Below are positions 1 through 11,821 of a stretch of DNA of 64,000 nt, piece after piece (the first letter of the stretch is position 1; every line of letters begins with the position of its first letter). Made by a program: the position numbers and the translations under genes. The stretch covers positions 33,085-97,084 of the forward strand of contig CAVVOB010000039.1 in assembly GCA_963749655.1 (NCBI GenBank). The letters run 5' to 3'. Source of the stretch: Nitrospirota bacterium. Its GTDB lineage: Bacteria; Nitrospirota; UBA9217. Below the pieces are notes generated by a model. That model did not search any database, had not been told where the DNA came from, and saw nothing but the letters and a program-made list of their open reading frames with translations.

Positions 1-55
1 GAAGCTCCATGAAGACCTCAATTCAAGACAAATCCGAAATTCGAATATCGAAATC

Positions 56-721
56 CTAGTCTTCCTCCTTCAACCGGGCCATCTGGTCCACATCGAGGCT
101 GTCGAAGGTCGTGCTGATATGGAAAAAAAACATGCCGAAGATGAAAGCCGCGATCAGAAGGTCCAGCGCTACGCCGAGCTCGACCACGAGCGGCATGCCG
201 TAGGTGGCGCTCGTTGCGGCGAACAGAAGCCCGTTCTCCATCGCGAGGAAGCCGATGATCTGGGTGACCGCGTGCTTTCGCGTGATCATCATCAGAAATC
301 CGAGCATGACCGTTGCCAGGGCGACGGCAAGGGTGGAGCGGGTCACCAGGGTCGAAAGCTCCCGGATGGGGGAAGTCAGATGGTACGAGAAGATCACCAG
401 TATGATCCCCAGAAGCATGGTGGCCGGAATATTGAGGACGGTCTCCACTTCCTTGTGGATCTTCAGCTTCACGATAAGTTTGTGAAGGATATAGGGCAGA
501 AGCACGACCTTGATCGTGAGCGTCAGGATTGAGGAAATATAAAGATCGTGGGCTCCGCCCAGGTATCCGACGATGGCCGTGCTCAAAGCAAGAAGAAATC
601 CCTGCCAGGCGAAAAGGTGCAGGAGGGCGTTCATCCTGCGCTGGACGACCAGGGCAAAGGCCGTGAGCAGGATCAGGGCGGCAAGAAGACTGTTCAGTTG
701 TGCTGCAAGCTGAGGGTTCAT
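56..721 (-). CDS. hyfE: Hydrogenase-4/Ehr membrane subunit E (HyfE-like), copy 2
   Basis: Hydrophobic 221-aa ORF with the HyfE-type motif GFLAMENGLLFAATSATYGMPLVVELG; follows a hyfC-like gene. Confidence 0.85.
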   Translation of the reverse strand: MNPQLAAQLNSLLAALILLTAFALVVQRRMNALLHLFAWQGFLLALSTAIVGYLGGAHDLYISSILTLTIKVVLLPYILHKLIVKLKIHKEVETVLNIPATMLLGIILVIFSYHLTSPIRELSTLVTRSTLAVALATVMLGFLMMITRKHAVTQIIGFLAMENGLLFAATSATYGMPLVVELGVALDLLIAAFIFGMFFFHISTTFDSLDVDQMARLKEED

Positions 722-751
722 TATCTACTCCAATCGGGAAACATTCGACTA

Positions 752-850
752 GCCACGAATTTCACACGAATTTTCACGAAGAAAAACCCGACCAAACCGC
801 TCCCGTCATTTTCAGTTCTTAATTCGTGTCAATTCGTGCTAATTCGTGGC
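752..850. repeat. Inverted pair of ~10-bp tandem repeats
   Basis: CACGAAT-type units on the left arm; (AATTCGTGNN)3 on the right arm. Confidence 0.7.
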
Positions 851-872
851 AAACAGCATCCGATCTTCTCCT

Positions 873-1817
873 TCATTCCAGCATGAAATAGGACATCATG
901 CCGATCGTCGCGAACAGGAACGCGCTCCCGAGGAATTCGGTCACCCGGAAGATCCGCATCTTCGCAAGCCCTGTTTCGATCATCACGATGCCCAGTCCGA
1001 TGATCCCGAGTTTGAACGTCAAAACCGGCAGCGCAAGCGCCACATGGAGCAGATCGTCGGTCTGTGCAATGCCCCAGGGGAAAAAGGATGCGATCCCGAG
1101 CGTGGCGAAAAGAAAGAGCTTCATCATGCTCGCCCATTCGATCAGGGCCAGGTGCCTGCCCGAGTATTCCAGGATCATGGCCTCATGGATCATCGTGAGT
1201 TCCAGGTGGGTGGCCGGGTTGTCCACCGGCACCCTTCCCGTCTCGGCCAGGGCGATGAGGATGAATGCCAGCAGCGCGAAGACGAGCGACGGCCGGAGCA
1301 TGAAGTGCCCCTGGGAGATGACAAAGACCATCTGCGACAGGGACGTCGACTTGCCTACGAGGGAGACGGCAAAGACAGCCATGAGCATAGCCGGTTCTGC
1401 AAGAGATGCGATCGTCATCTCCCGGCTCGACCCCATGCCGCCGAAGGCCGTGCCGATATCCATGCCGGCGAGCGCGGTGAAGAACCGGGCAATAGCAAAC
1501 AGCACCACCAGGGCGATGACGTCAGCCGTGGCCGACAAGGGCAGGTCCATGGACAGGATGGGAATGATGCCGCCGACCATGACCGAAACGCCGAACACGA
1601 GATAGGGTGTAAACCGGAATATCCACGAGGCATTCTCGGCAAGGGTCACGTCTTTCGAAAAAAGTTTGAGGATATCGCGCCACGGCTGCAACAGGCTCGG
1701 CGCCGATCTCCCCTGGAACCAGCATTTTACCATCTTCACCCACCCCGCGAACAACGGGGCGGCGGCAAGAAGAACGGCGATCTGAAAAATTTCTATGATG
1801 AACGGATGGATACTCAT
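873..1817 (-). CDS. hyfC: NuoH/HycD/HyfC-like membrane subunit, copy 2
   Basis: Motifs QGRSAPSLLQPWRDILKLFSK, GGMGSSRE and AETGRVPVDNPATHLELTMIHEAMILEYSG; start placed at ATG 1817. Confidence 0.9.
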   Translation of the reverse strand: MSIHPFIIEIFQIAVLLAAAPLFAGWVKMVKCWFQGRSAPSLLQPWRDILKLFSKDVTLAENASWIFRFTPYLVFGVSVMVGGIIPILSMDLPLSATADVIALVVLFAIARFFTALAGMDIGTAFGGMGSSREMTIASLAEPAMLMAVFAVSLVGKSTSLSQMVFVISQGHFMLRPSLVFALLAFILIALAETGRVPVDNPATHLELTMIHEAMILEYSGRHLALIEWASMMKLFLFATLGIASFFPWGIAQTDDLLHVALALPVLTFKLGIIGLGIVMIETGLAKMRIFRVTEFLGSAFLFATIGMMSYFMLE

Positions 1818-2020
1818 GACATCAATGACCTCTCGTTCTAATAGGCCGTGGAAGCACGGATGGACACAGATAAAAATCAACAGTAATTTATGAAGCCCTT
1901 ATCCGTATTAATCTGAGGCGAAAAAAAGTTATCGTTCCCCGCCCTTTGAAAAATTTTAATTCTGGATTATCCGTGTTTATCCGTGTTCATCCGTGGTTAA
2001 CCTTTATTACGTAAGAATCG

Positions 2021-4068
2021 TCATCTTGACAGGATCACCAGAACAAGAATAGTCACGAACGAATAGATGAGATAGATCTGTATCCTTCCCTGCTGCATTC
2101 TTCCGATCCTGCGGGAAAGCCAGAAGCTTGCATCAACGACCGGCTGATATATCCACATCCAGAAGCGGTCGCGCACCCGGAGGTGGTAGTGCAGCTTTTC
2201 GGGATAGGCCGCATGCGCGCCCGGCGGAACCCGGCGCACCCGCTCTTTGACGTTGAAGAGAAAGCCGAAAATCCTCCGGATGGGCATCGCAAACGACGTG
2301 GCGGTGTACTGCATCCGGTTGGTGACCTTTTCAAAACCGCAGTCCCAGAGCGGTACGCGTTTTATGGCCCCGGGCCGCGTATGAAGCAGCAGGTACGTCA
2401 GAATGACAACGGCCAGGATCCCGATAAAAACGATCGGGGCCGCATACGAGGCCCGCTCGGCGGCGATCGGCGTAAGCCACATCCAGCCCATGCCCGAAGC
2501 CGATGCGCCGATCGTGCCGCCCACCAGTTCTTCGGCAAGGGGGTCCATCCAGCTGATCACGAACGTGGGCAGCACCCCGAGGCCGAGGCAGGTAAGCGCT
2601 GCCAGCAGCATGCCGATGCGCATGGGCCAGTCGACTTCGTGAACATGACTGTGACGGTGGCCCCGCCGATGCCCCAGAAAAGTGACGCCAAAGGCCTTCA
2701 CGAAGCAGGCTGCCGCGAGGGCGCTCGTGAGCGCAAGAAGCGCGGCGCCGAGCGGGATGAGCAGGTTCAAAAGCGGACTGGGCAGCCCCGGAGAGAGCAG
2801 AAAGGCCTGGTAGGTGAGCCATTCCGACACAAAACCGTTAAAGGGCGGCAGCGCCGAGATCGAGACGCAGCCGACGAGGAAGAACACCGCTGTCCAGGGC
2901 ATGTAGCGGATCAGCCCGCCCATCTCTTCCATGTTCCGTTCGTGGGTCGCATGGAGCACCGCGCCGGCTCCCATGAAGAGGAGCCCCTTGAACATGGCGT
3001 GGTTCAGCGTGTGATAGAGGCCCGCGATCAGGGCCAGCGCGGCCAGGAGCGGCATGTCGAAGGAGGTGAAGATCATGGCAAGGCCGATGCCGATCAGGAT
3101 GATGCCGATGTTCTCCACGGAGTGGTAGGCGAGAAGCCTCTTCAGATCGTGCTGCATCAGGGCGTAGAGCACGCCCAGGACGGCCGAAATCAGACCGAAG
3201 ACCAGCACGAGCGCGCCCCACCACCAGGGAAAATCGCCGATCAGGTCGAAGACGACGCGGACAATGCCGTAGATGGCGGTCTTGAGCATGACACCGCTCA
3301 TGAGCGCGGACACGTTGGACGGCGCGACCGGGTGCGCCTCGGGAAGCCAGACGTGGAGCGGGATCACGCCCGCCTTGGCGGCGAACCCGAAGAAGGCGAG
3401 CAGAAAGGCGAGCGCGGCCAGCCCTGCGGGAAGCTCGGTCTCGCGCATGGCGTCAAAGGTATAGCTTTGGAATCCCGTGAACCCCGTGGCAAGCCCGGCC
3501 ATGACCCCGAAGGACAGGAGGATGGCGATGGCGCCGACATGGGCCACGACGAGGTAGAGGAACGCGGCCCTCCGGTTCTCGATCTTCTCGTCCTCGAACA
3601 TGACCAGAAAATAAGAGGCGGCAGCCATCAGTCTCCCAGGCGATCAGGAAGAACAAGGCATCGTCGGCCAGGACTACCATGAACATGCCGGCGAGAAAGA
3701 GCGTGTAAAAGACCACCAGGCTCGTCACCGACCGGTGGCCCAGATAGCCTTTCACATAGCCGATGGAGTAGATGGAAACGAAGAAGGCGAGCAGACCGAC
3801 GACGACGAGAAAGAAACCGGACAGGAGGTCGAGCCGCAGATGAAACGGCAGGTCGGGGAGACCGACCTGCAGAATGACCTGTGCGGTCTCGCTGCTTGCC
3901 ACGGTCCAGACGCCCGCTGCCGTGGCGAGGAGGGAGGCAAGAGCGGTAAGAAAAAAACCGAGTGTTTATGAGGAGACGCTGGCTCAGGCGCAGGACCGGC
4001 GTCAGCGCCAGCAGAAAGAGCAGCACCGCGAAAGATGAGGATATGATACTGACAGGTGAAAGCTGCAC
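2021..4068 (-). CDS. hyfB: HyfB/NuoL-like antiporter-type subunit, copy 2 (frameshifted near 3630 and 3950)
   Basis: KAGVIPLHVWLPEAHPVAPSNVSALMSG and DLKRLLAYHSVENIG in ORF 2021-3628; N-terminus continues in other frames up to GTG 4068, which has a GGAGG RBS. Confidence 0.85.
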
Positions 4069-4151
4069 GCTCTACCTCCATAAATATCCCTGCATCTTGG
4101 CCTGAATAACGATCAGTTCTTATAGACCGCGAGGCCTGTCCCCTGCTCGGC

Positions 4152-4675
4152 TCACCCCGTGCAACGATCGATCAGTTCCGAAAGCCCGAGTATGATGGCA
4201 GTCGGCGTCGGCGGGCAACCGGGGATGTATGCGTCGACGGGAATGACGTTCCCCACGCCGTTCGTGACTGCATAGCTTCCTTTATATATGCCGCCGTCAT
4301 TGCGCAGTCGCCGCACGCGACTACGAGCCTCGGCTCCGGCGTCGCGATGTAGGTTCTCTTGAGCGCAAGCTCCATCTGACGGGACACGGGGCCGGTTACG
4401 AGCAGCACATCGGCATGGCGGGGAGATGCCACGAAATCGATGCCGAACCGCTGGATGTCGTAGATGGGATTGGTAAGCGCCGTGCACTCCCACTCGCAGG
4501 CGTTGCAGGAACCCGCATCCACCTGCCGTATCCGAAGGGACCTACCGAAGATTGTATCAATCTTTTTCGGAAAGTCAACTATCTTCGCCGCCTGCTCCGG
4601 GGTGACGTAGAATCCTTCGGGAAAAGGAATGACCTGTTTTTTCGAAATTATGTTTTTAAATATCTCTTTCAGCAT
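4152..4675 (-). CDS. hyfI: NuoB/HycG/HyfI-like small FeS subunit (EhrS), one frameshift near 4295
   Basis: GSCNACEWE, ASPRHADVLLVTGPV and VACGDCA, then IPGCPPTP in the second frame. Confidence 0.88.
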
Positions 4676-4757
4676 GGTTATTCATCGGAGATATAAGCCT
4701 GCAGCTGAGGTCTGACTTCTACTCTTACTTCTGACTCCTGACTCCTGACCTGCCTAC

Positions 4758-6324
4758 TTACATATCCGTCCCTGAATAAGACAGATTGAAGCTCTTGTTG
4801 CAGAGCGGAAAATCGGGCACGATGTTGCCGTGCACCGCAAAGGGAACCGCAGGCCAGTTGCAGTACGAGGGCGACCGGAGCTTGACCCTGAGCGGCTTGC
4901 CGTCCTTGTCCGCCATGACCCAGTAGAAGACCGACCCTCTCGGCGATTCCGCATATCCGAGCGCCGAAGCGTAGAGGCGTGCTGTCGTCGCGGGGACGGC
5001 GAGGTCTCCCTTGTAGCTGCGTCTCAAACAACGCCTGGATCATCGATATGGAGCACTCTATTTCCTCGGCCCTGACCATCATCCGCGCCATGACGTCCCC
5101 TTTTTCGAGCGTGTGGGCCTCGAAGATCAGCCTCTCATAGAGCAGATGGGGATGGGACTTCCTCAGATCATCGGGCAGCCCGGACGCCCGGGCGGCGACG
5201 CCGGTGACGCCGAGCTTTCCGTGCGATGTCCTTGGACAGCCTGCCGGTGTTCTCGAGCCGTTCGATGTGGGAGACCGCGCTGAGCAGCAGGTCCATGAGT
5301 TCCTTGTATTCACTGGTGGCCCCGTCTATGGTCTTCAGAACATCGTCGGCAAGGTCATACACGTTCCTGGTAACGCCGCCGACGATATTCAGGCCGCGCA
5401 GGTACCGGCTGCCCGTCAGCCGCTCGTTCAGCTGCATCAGCCGCTCCTTGATGACGGCGCCTTTCATATACCCCACGGCAAGCGCCGTTCCCGCGCACAT
5501 GTTCCCGATGTCGCCGATGTGGTTGTAGAGCCGTTCAAGCTCAAGGACGAGCGTCCTGACGGCCGCGGCTTTTTCCGTGATCTCGATGCCCATCATCCGC
5601 TCGACGGCCATGCAGTATGCGGCGCCGTGGGCAAAGGAAGACGTCCCGGACACGCGCTCGGCGAGTTTCACGCCTTCGGCGAACCCCAGCTTCTCAAACT
5701 GTTTTTCCGTGCCCTTGTGCGTATAGAACAACCGCGGCTCCAGAAAAAAAATCGTTTCTCCGACGGCGCTGAACCGGAAGTGCCCCGGCTCGATGATGCC
5801 CGCGTGGACCGGGCCGACGGGAATTTCAGCGATGCCCTCTCCTGCGACCTCCATGAAGGGATGGGGAACATGCACCGCGGTGCCCGCCCCCCATTCGGTC
5901 AACTGCGCCTCCGAGATGCTCCAATCCTTGCGAAGCGGGTGGGAACCCGCGGGAAAGGCCTCGTGAAAAACGAGCCTGCGCTGGTCGGGGTGGCCTTGGG
6001 GCTTCAGTCCGAACAGGTCGCTGATCTCCCGTTCATACCAGTGAGCAGCAGGCATCGGGTGTTATGGAGGGAAAGGCGCATTCTGCTCTTGACCGGCAGC
6101 ACAAGGATGACAAAGCGAGTCCGTCCCGGGACGGTGAATACCGCATAGATCCGGAATACCCCGTCCTTTTGCCGCTCATCGGTCGCGAACATGACCCGCA
6201 GGAGGGCGTGCCGGTCCTCGAACAAGTGGGCGCACAATTCCCTGAAGTCGCCGGCAGTGACCTCAACGTAGAGCTCGTTGCCCTGCTCGACGGTGGAAAC
6301 CGCTTTGTTCATAATGCGTTCCAT
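4758..6324 (-). CDS. hyfG: NuoC/D-HycE-like large subunit lacking NiFe cysteine motifs (EhrL), several frameshifts
   Basis: WYEREISDLFG, GPVHAGIIEPGHFRF, YTHKGTEK and ESPRG; L1 region reads ERVSGTSSFAH and the C-terminus reads DFPLCNKSFNLSYSGTDM. Confidence 0.85.
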
Positions 6325-7812
6325 TATTTCACTCCCAGGACCATTACGCAGGCCTTGATCGTTGCGTCGATGAAGGCGGGAACCCTGAAGCCCAGCGCGA
6401 CGACCGACACCGCCATGACGATCATCACTGCATTGCCGAGCACATTTCCGATGAGAAACCGCGATGAAGCCCCTCCGTGGTCCACGACCGTCCCTTCCGG
6501 CGCGCCGAACAGCATCTTTCCGAAACCGGACAGCACGCCGTAGAAGACGAGTACGACGAAGAACAGGAAGAGGACCACCACCGAGCCACAGACCCCTGTC
6601 CACGGCGGCCTTCAGGACCGTAAACTCGCTCATGAAAATATTGAACGGCGGCGTGCCGGAAAGCGACAGCGCGCCGATGAACGTCAGCGTGCCGAGGAGC
6701 GGCATGGAGGTAAGCACCCCGTTCACGTTCGCGATGTTCGTGGAGCCGAAGCGGGCCTGGATCTTGCCGGAGGCGAAGAACATGAGCGGCTTCGCAAAGC
6801 GTATGGCTCAGCACGTGCAGCAGTGCCCCGTAGAGGCCGATCGGGACCGCCGATGCCGACGCCGAGGGAGATGATGCCCATGTGCTCGATGCTGCTGTAG
6901 GCAAGCAGCCGCTTGAAGTTGTTCTGGACCAGGATAAAGATGGACGCAGATGCCGACGGAGATGAGCCCGAAGATGATGAGCAGGTTGCCGGTGAAGGCC
7001 TCGCCCGTTGACGGCTCGACGATCGAGACGAAGCGCATGATGCCGTAGAACGCCGGTTCAGCCGGGCAGAGGAGGGCGCTGATCGGGCTCGGGGCCTGGC
7101 CCTGCGCATCAGGCAGCCAGTTGTGCACCGGCGCAAGTCCCGCCTTGGTCCCGTATCCCACGAGCACGAAGATGAAGGCGAGTTTCATGGTCTCGGGGTT
7201 CAGCCGGGGGGCGACACCCCTGGAGCACGGTCCAGTTCAACGCGCCTTCGGTGCCCATCGATCGCCGTCGAGGCGTAATAGGTGATGAACGTGCCCGAGC
7301 AGCGCGAACGTGATGCCCACGGTGCAGAGTACGATATATTTCCACGCAGCCTCGACCGCCAGCGGCCGCTTGCGGAACCCGAGACCGATGAGGAGCGCCG
7401 AGACGATCGTCGTCGCCTCCATGCCGATCCACATGAGCGCAAGGTTGTTCGCCATGGATCACCAGCAGCATGGTGAAAACAAAAAGGTGGAAGCAGACCG
7501 TAGTACGCCGCATGCCGCGGAAATTCATAAGCCCTCGCGGCAAGCTCATTCTCGAGGTAGCCGATCGAGTAGACCGCGCGAAGCAAGGCTGTACAGGATC
7601 ATGAGCCCCATGATGTACGCCGAAAGTGCATCCATGAAGAACGCGCCGTCGAGCGGCCGTGATCGGCGTGCCACCGCGCCGGCGATGACCGGACGCGGCA
7701 TAAGCAGCACGCGCAACGATCCCGACGAGGTTCACGTAGCCGATCAGCCGCGGGTTCTTCACACGTAGCAGATCATCGCGGTAACGATGGGTATGAGCAA
7801 TATGATCATCAT
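6324..7812 (-). CDS. hyfF: HyfF-like antiporter-type subunit (many frameshifts)
   Basis: Fragments in different frames: [62 protein letters not shown]. Confidence 0.8.
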
Positions 7813-7837
7813 CTTATTTCTGCCTCTGCTTTTCGAG

Positions 7838-7870
7838 CATTCCGCATTCCGCATTCCGCATTCCGCATTG
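7838..7870. repeat. Heptamer tandem repeat (CATTCCG)n
   Basis: Same unit also at about 52957-52990 and, as an inverted pair, at 56786-56925. Confidence 0.8.
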
Positions 7871-7873
7871 CGT

Positions 7874-8537
7874 TCATCCCTTCAACACCGTCAGCTTGTC
7901 CAGATCGGCCGTGGCAAAGGTCCGTCTTGATCTGCACCGCGAAGATGCCGAGAATGATCACGCCCATCAGCATGTCGAACAGCACGCCCAAGTTCGATGA
8001 TCGTCGGCATGCCGAAGGTCAGGGAAAAACCGGCGAGGAACAGGCCGTTCTCCATGAACAGGAGCCCCATCACCATCACCAGCGCCTTTTTTCGCGTGAT
8101 CATGATGAACAGGCTGATCAGGATCACGGCAATGGCGATCTGGAGCACATTGCGGGAAAATCCCGTGACCGTGATGCCGGTCTTGAGCGAAGCATACACC
8201 ACGGCAACGAGAAGGCTCGACACGGCAAGGGAAAGCGCATTGCTGAATGGGGCTGGATGCTCATGGGTGATCCGCATCTGGCGGACGATCCTGCGCAAAA
8301 AGAGCGGGATCAGGATGCCCTTGGTCGGCGAGGGTAAGCAGCGCCGCGACATACGAGATGCCGCTCTCCGACAAGGACGGCGACCACGGCGATCAGGCCT
8401 GCCAGGAGCCAGGAGTTGATCGTATAGGCCTTCACGTAGGACTCGATGCTCTTGAAGGCGTTCAGCGTCACCGCGGTCAGCAGAATGCCGACGGAGATGA
8501 AATCAATGACGGAAAATGCTTCGATCCAGGTTTTCAT
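7874..8537 (-). CDS. hyfE: HyfE-like subunit, copy 1 (frameshifted)
   Basis: GLLFMENGLFLAGFSLTFGMPTIIELG; paralogous to 56-721. Confidence 0.8.
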
Positions 8538-8746
8538 AAAGTATGCCCTGCTCCAGCCCGGACAAGCCGGAAAAACGACAAAATATTCCTGCCCTCATGA
8601 ATAAAAAAATCTGATTCCTGATGAATTCGCAAAAGACGATTGTTACCACAGAGCCGCTGAGGCAGCGGAGAAGACCTGTCAATTTTAAGATTTTCTCTCT
8701 GCGTCTCAGCGGTCAGATCTTGACTCTAACGTCTTACCTCTCCGCC

Positions 8747-9671
8747 TTACTTCCCCATCATGATGTGCGTTACCAGGGAAAGGAACGCCAGCACGAATGC
8801 GCCGCCGAGAATGGACGGCAGCTGGAAAAACCGCACTTTCGCCCTCGTGGACTCGACAACAGCCATTACGAAGCGCCATAGCCGCCATCTTTGCCGCGTA
8901 CACACCCGATGCGGTGATCATCGTCACTCCCCCTGTTGCGTGCATCATGCCGAAGGGGAAGAAGATGTCCATGGCAAGCGTGAAGAGGACCATCTGTTTC
9001 ACATAGTGTGCCCATTCCATGAGCGCCAGATAGCGGCCCGAATACTCCAGGATCATGCCCTCATGGATCATCGTGAGCTCAAGATGGGTGTCCGGGTTGT
9101 CGACCGGCACCCTGCCCGTCTCGGCCATGATCGCCACGAGAAAAGCCGCGAGGGCCAGCAGGTGCGACGGTGAATACGCCGCTCCCTGGGCCGATGCGAT
9201 GACTGCAATGTTCGTGGAACCTGCGGAAATGGCCGCTGTGAACAAGGCAAGCATCATCATGGGCTCGACGAGGATCGCAACGGTCATCTCCCGGCTGCTC
9301 CCCTCGCCTCCGAAACCGGTCCCTGCATCAAGCCCGGCCAGGGCCATGAAGAACCGGGCCAGCGCAAGAAGATAGATGAGGGCGATCACATCGCCCATCA
9401 TGCTGAAGGCAGGAGTCGTCGACACCACCGGCACGATCATGGCTGCGGCTGCCGCGGCCGTAAAAACGATATAGGGAGTCGCCTTGAAGATCCAGGACGT
9501 GACCGAGGACACGACCATGTCCTTCTTGAACAGGCGCAGAAGATCATAGTAGGGCTGGAGCACGCCCGGACCGACGCGGCCCTGCATGTTCGCCTTGAGC
9601 TTCTTGATCACCCCGTTGACCAGGGGCGAGAACAGAATGATTATGAAAAATTGGATATAGTCCATGTTCAT
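8747..9671 (-). CDS. hyfC: HyfC/NuoH-like subunit, copy 1 (frameshift near 8875)
   Basis: QGRVGPGVLQPYYDLLRLFKK and AETGRVPVDNPDTHLELTMIHEGMILEYSG; the shifted frame ends at TAA 8747. Confidence 0.88.
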
Positions 9672-9710
9672 CTCAGGGAACGGTGATTGAGACCCGCTCG
9701 CCGTTCTGCG

Positions 9711-11718
9711 TCATGATCCGAATATGAGCAGCAGGATCAGTGTAATCAGAATGTATCCCAGGTAGAGCTGAAGGCTTCCGGACTGCAGCAGCTTCACCTT
9801 GCCTGCGATGGAATTGATAAACCGCGTCGTCGGTTCATACACGTACCGTTCGAAGAACGGCGTGATATCGCCGCCGTACCGCATCGAGGTTACAAAAAAT
9901 GGCTTGAGCGCATAGCGGACCTTCAGGTCACGACTCGGGAGGTAGATGCGCTTGTAGATGATCCGAAGCGGCTTGGTAAAGGCCGTGGCCGTATACTGCA
10001 TGCGGGAAGTGAGGCCGGGAATGCCGCAATCCCAGGAATCGGCGATAACGGTCTTTCGCTTTCCGCCGACGACCTTGATGAAGATCCAGGCGGCAGCAAA
10101 CAGAAAAATCATGGTTATGACAATGGCCGCCGGAGACAGGGCCGACGAGGTCTGTCCGATGCTCAGCCCTCCCCGGTGCACAAGCGTCGCAGCCCCACCG
10201 GTCAGGGAGAAGACCGCCGGAGACAGAATTTCCAGCGCCGGTCCGGGAAAGATCCCGAAGAGCAGGCAGGGCACGGCGAGCATGGCCATTCCGACAACCA
10301 TCCAGAGCGACGCCTCGCGTGCTTCTCCCGCCTGCGTGGTCCGGGGCATGCCGAGAAAAGAAATGCCGAAGGCCTTGACAAAACCGGCTGCAGCGATGGC
10401 GCCGGTCAGCGCAAGCGCCGCGCCGCCCAGGGGGGACACGATCTTTGCGGCCACGGACGGCGACTGGTAGCCGAGCAGCAGCGCCTGGTAGGTCAGCCAT
10501 TCGCTCACGAAACCGTTCGTGGGCGGCAGCGCGCAGATCGAAAGTGCGCCGAACAGGAAGAAAAGCCCCGTCCAGGGCATCCTCTTCAGCAAGCCGCCGA
10601 GGTGCTCCATGTTCGCCGATCCGGTGCTGCTGATGATCGATCCGGCTCCGAGAAAAAGAGCGCCCTTGAACAGGGCGTGGTTCAGCACGTGGAACAAGGC
10701 CGCTGTAAGAGCGATCGCGGAGAGGGCGTACAGGCCGTTGCTCTTGAACATCATCGCGGCGCCGACGCCGAGCAGGATGATGCCGATATTCTCCACGCTC
10801 GAGTAGGCAAGAAAGAGCTTCAGGTCGTTCTCGATGAGGCGCGTAGAGGATCCCCAGGAGGGCTGACACCGCACCGACGGCGATCACCGCGAGCCCCCAC
10901 CATTCCGGCCCCTGCCCCATGACGTCCAGGCAGATCCTGATGATGCCGTAAATGCCCATCTTGACCATGAGGCCCGACATCAGCGCCGCAACATGGGACG
11001 GCGCAACGGGATAGGCGCGGGGTATCCAGGTATGGAGCGGAACGATCCCCGCCTTGGTGCCGAAGCCGATCACGGAAAAAAGAAAGACAATCGATTTCAG
11101 ACCAGCGGGAACGCCGGACATCCCGGCCTTCATTCCTTCGAAATCCATCCGGCCCGTCGTCCGGTAGAGAATGAAAAAGAGCACGATGATGAAGGCCGTG
11201 CCGATATGGGTCATGACGGCGTAAAAAATTCCGCCGCGCGCCGCCTTCGCGGTCCGTTCGAGCGTCACCAGAAAATAGGAGGCGATCGCCATGGTTTCCC
11301 ACGAGACCAGGAACGTGAAAAGGTCCGCGGAAAGCACCACGGCATAGAGGCTCAGGACCAGGATGTTAAAGAACAAGCCGGCCGTACCGGCGTGGGGCAG
11401 ATTGCGGGAAACCCCTGCGGCATAGAGCGACACTGCTATCGAGACAACCGCTATCACGACCACGAAAAATCCCGACAGGGCGTCTCCACGCAGAGAAAAC
11501 CCGACTATCGACGACACGGAAAGCGGCTGATAGGACACAGGAGCGACAAAGGTGAGTACTAAACCGAGAGCAAGGAAACTGACCGAGCCGAAGAGGGAAA
11601 ACAGGTAGGACGCAGATCTTGTTTTTGCTGCTGGTACGAGTGCGCTTGCCGCACCCACTGCAAACAATACGATACCCCAAAGAAGAAAATGTTCCGTTTC
11701 CATTAAAAAAGAACCCAT
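9711..11718 (-). CDS. hyfB: HyfB-like subunit, copy 1 (frameshift near 10840)
   Basis: GTKAGIVPLHTWIPRAYPVAPSHVAALMSG, then DLKLFLAYSSVENIG and LPPTNGFVSEW in the next frame. Confidence 0.87.
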
Positions 11719-11769
11719 TCTGTCAAAAATCAGGTCGGCTGTGACGGCTACGACCGCGTTACGATGCCG

Positions 11770-11798
11770 TAGTATATTCCATTAAGACGTTTTGTCAA
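11770..11798 (-). promoter_or_regulatory. Sigma70-like promoter upstream of the Ehr operon
   Basis: Minus strand reads TTGACA-aaacgtcttaatggaa-TATACT, about 50 bp upstream of the hyfB start. Confidence 0.55.
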
Positions 11799-11821
11799 GA
11801 AAAAATTCGTTCCTTCACTGC

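Noticed and set aside
752-850. CRISPR-like appearance of short repeats here and elsewhere
   Set aside because: Units are 7-10 bp, tandem, without unique spacers; no cas genes.
4758-6324. Group 4 NiFe (or NiFeSe) hydrogenase
   Set aside because: Both metal-binding CxxC motifs are absent and there is no in-frame TGA at those positions.
11730-11770. Possible pseudoknot/riboswitch (ACGGC/GCCGT and GGTCG/CGACC) upstream of hyfB1
   Set aside because: The 5' strand lies immediately after the predicted -10 box and would not be transcribed; no match to a riboswitch consensus I know.
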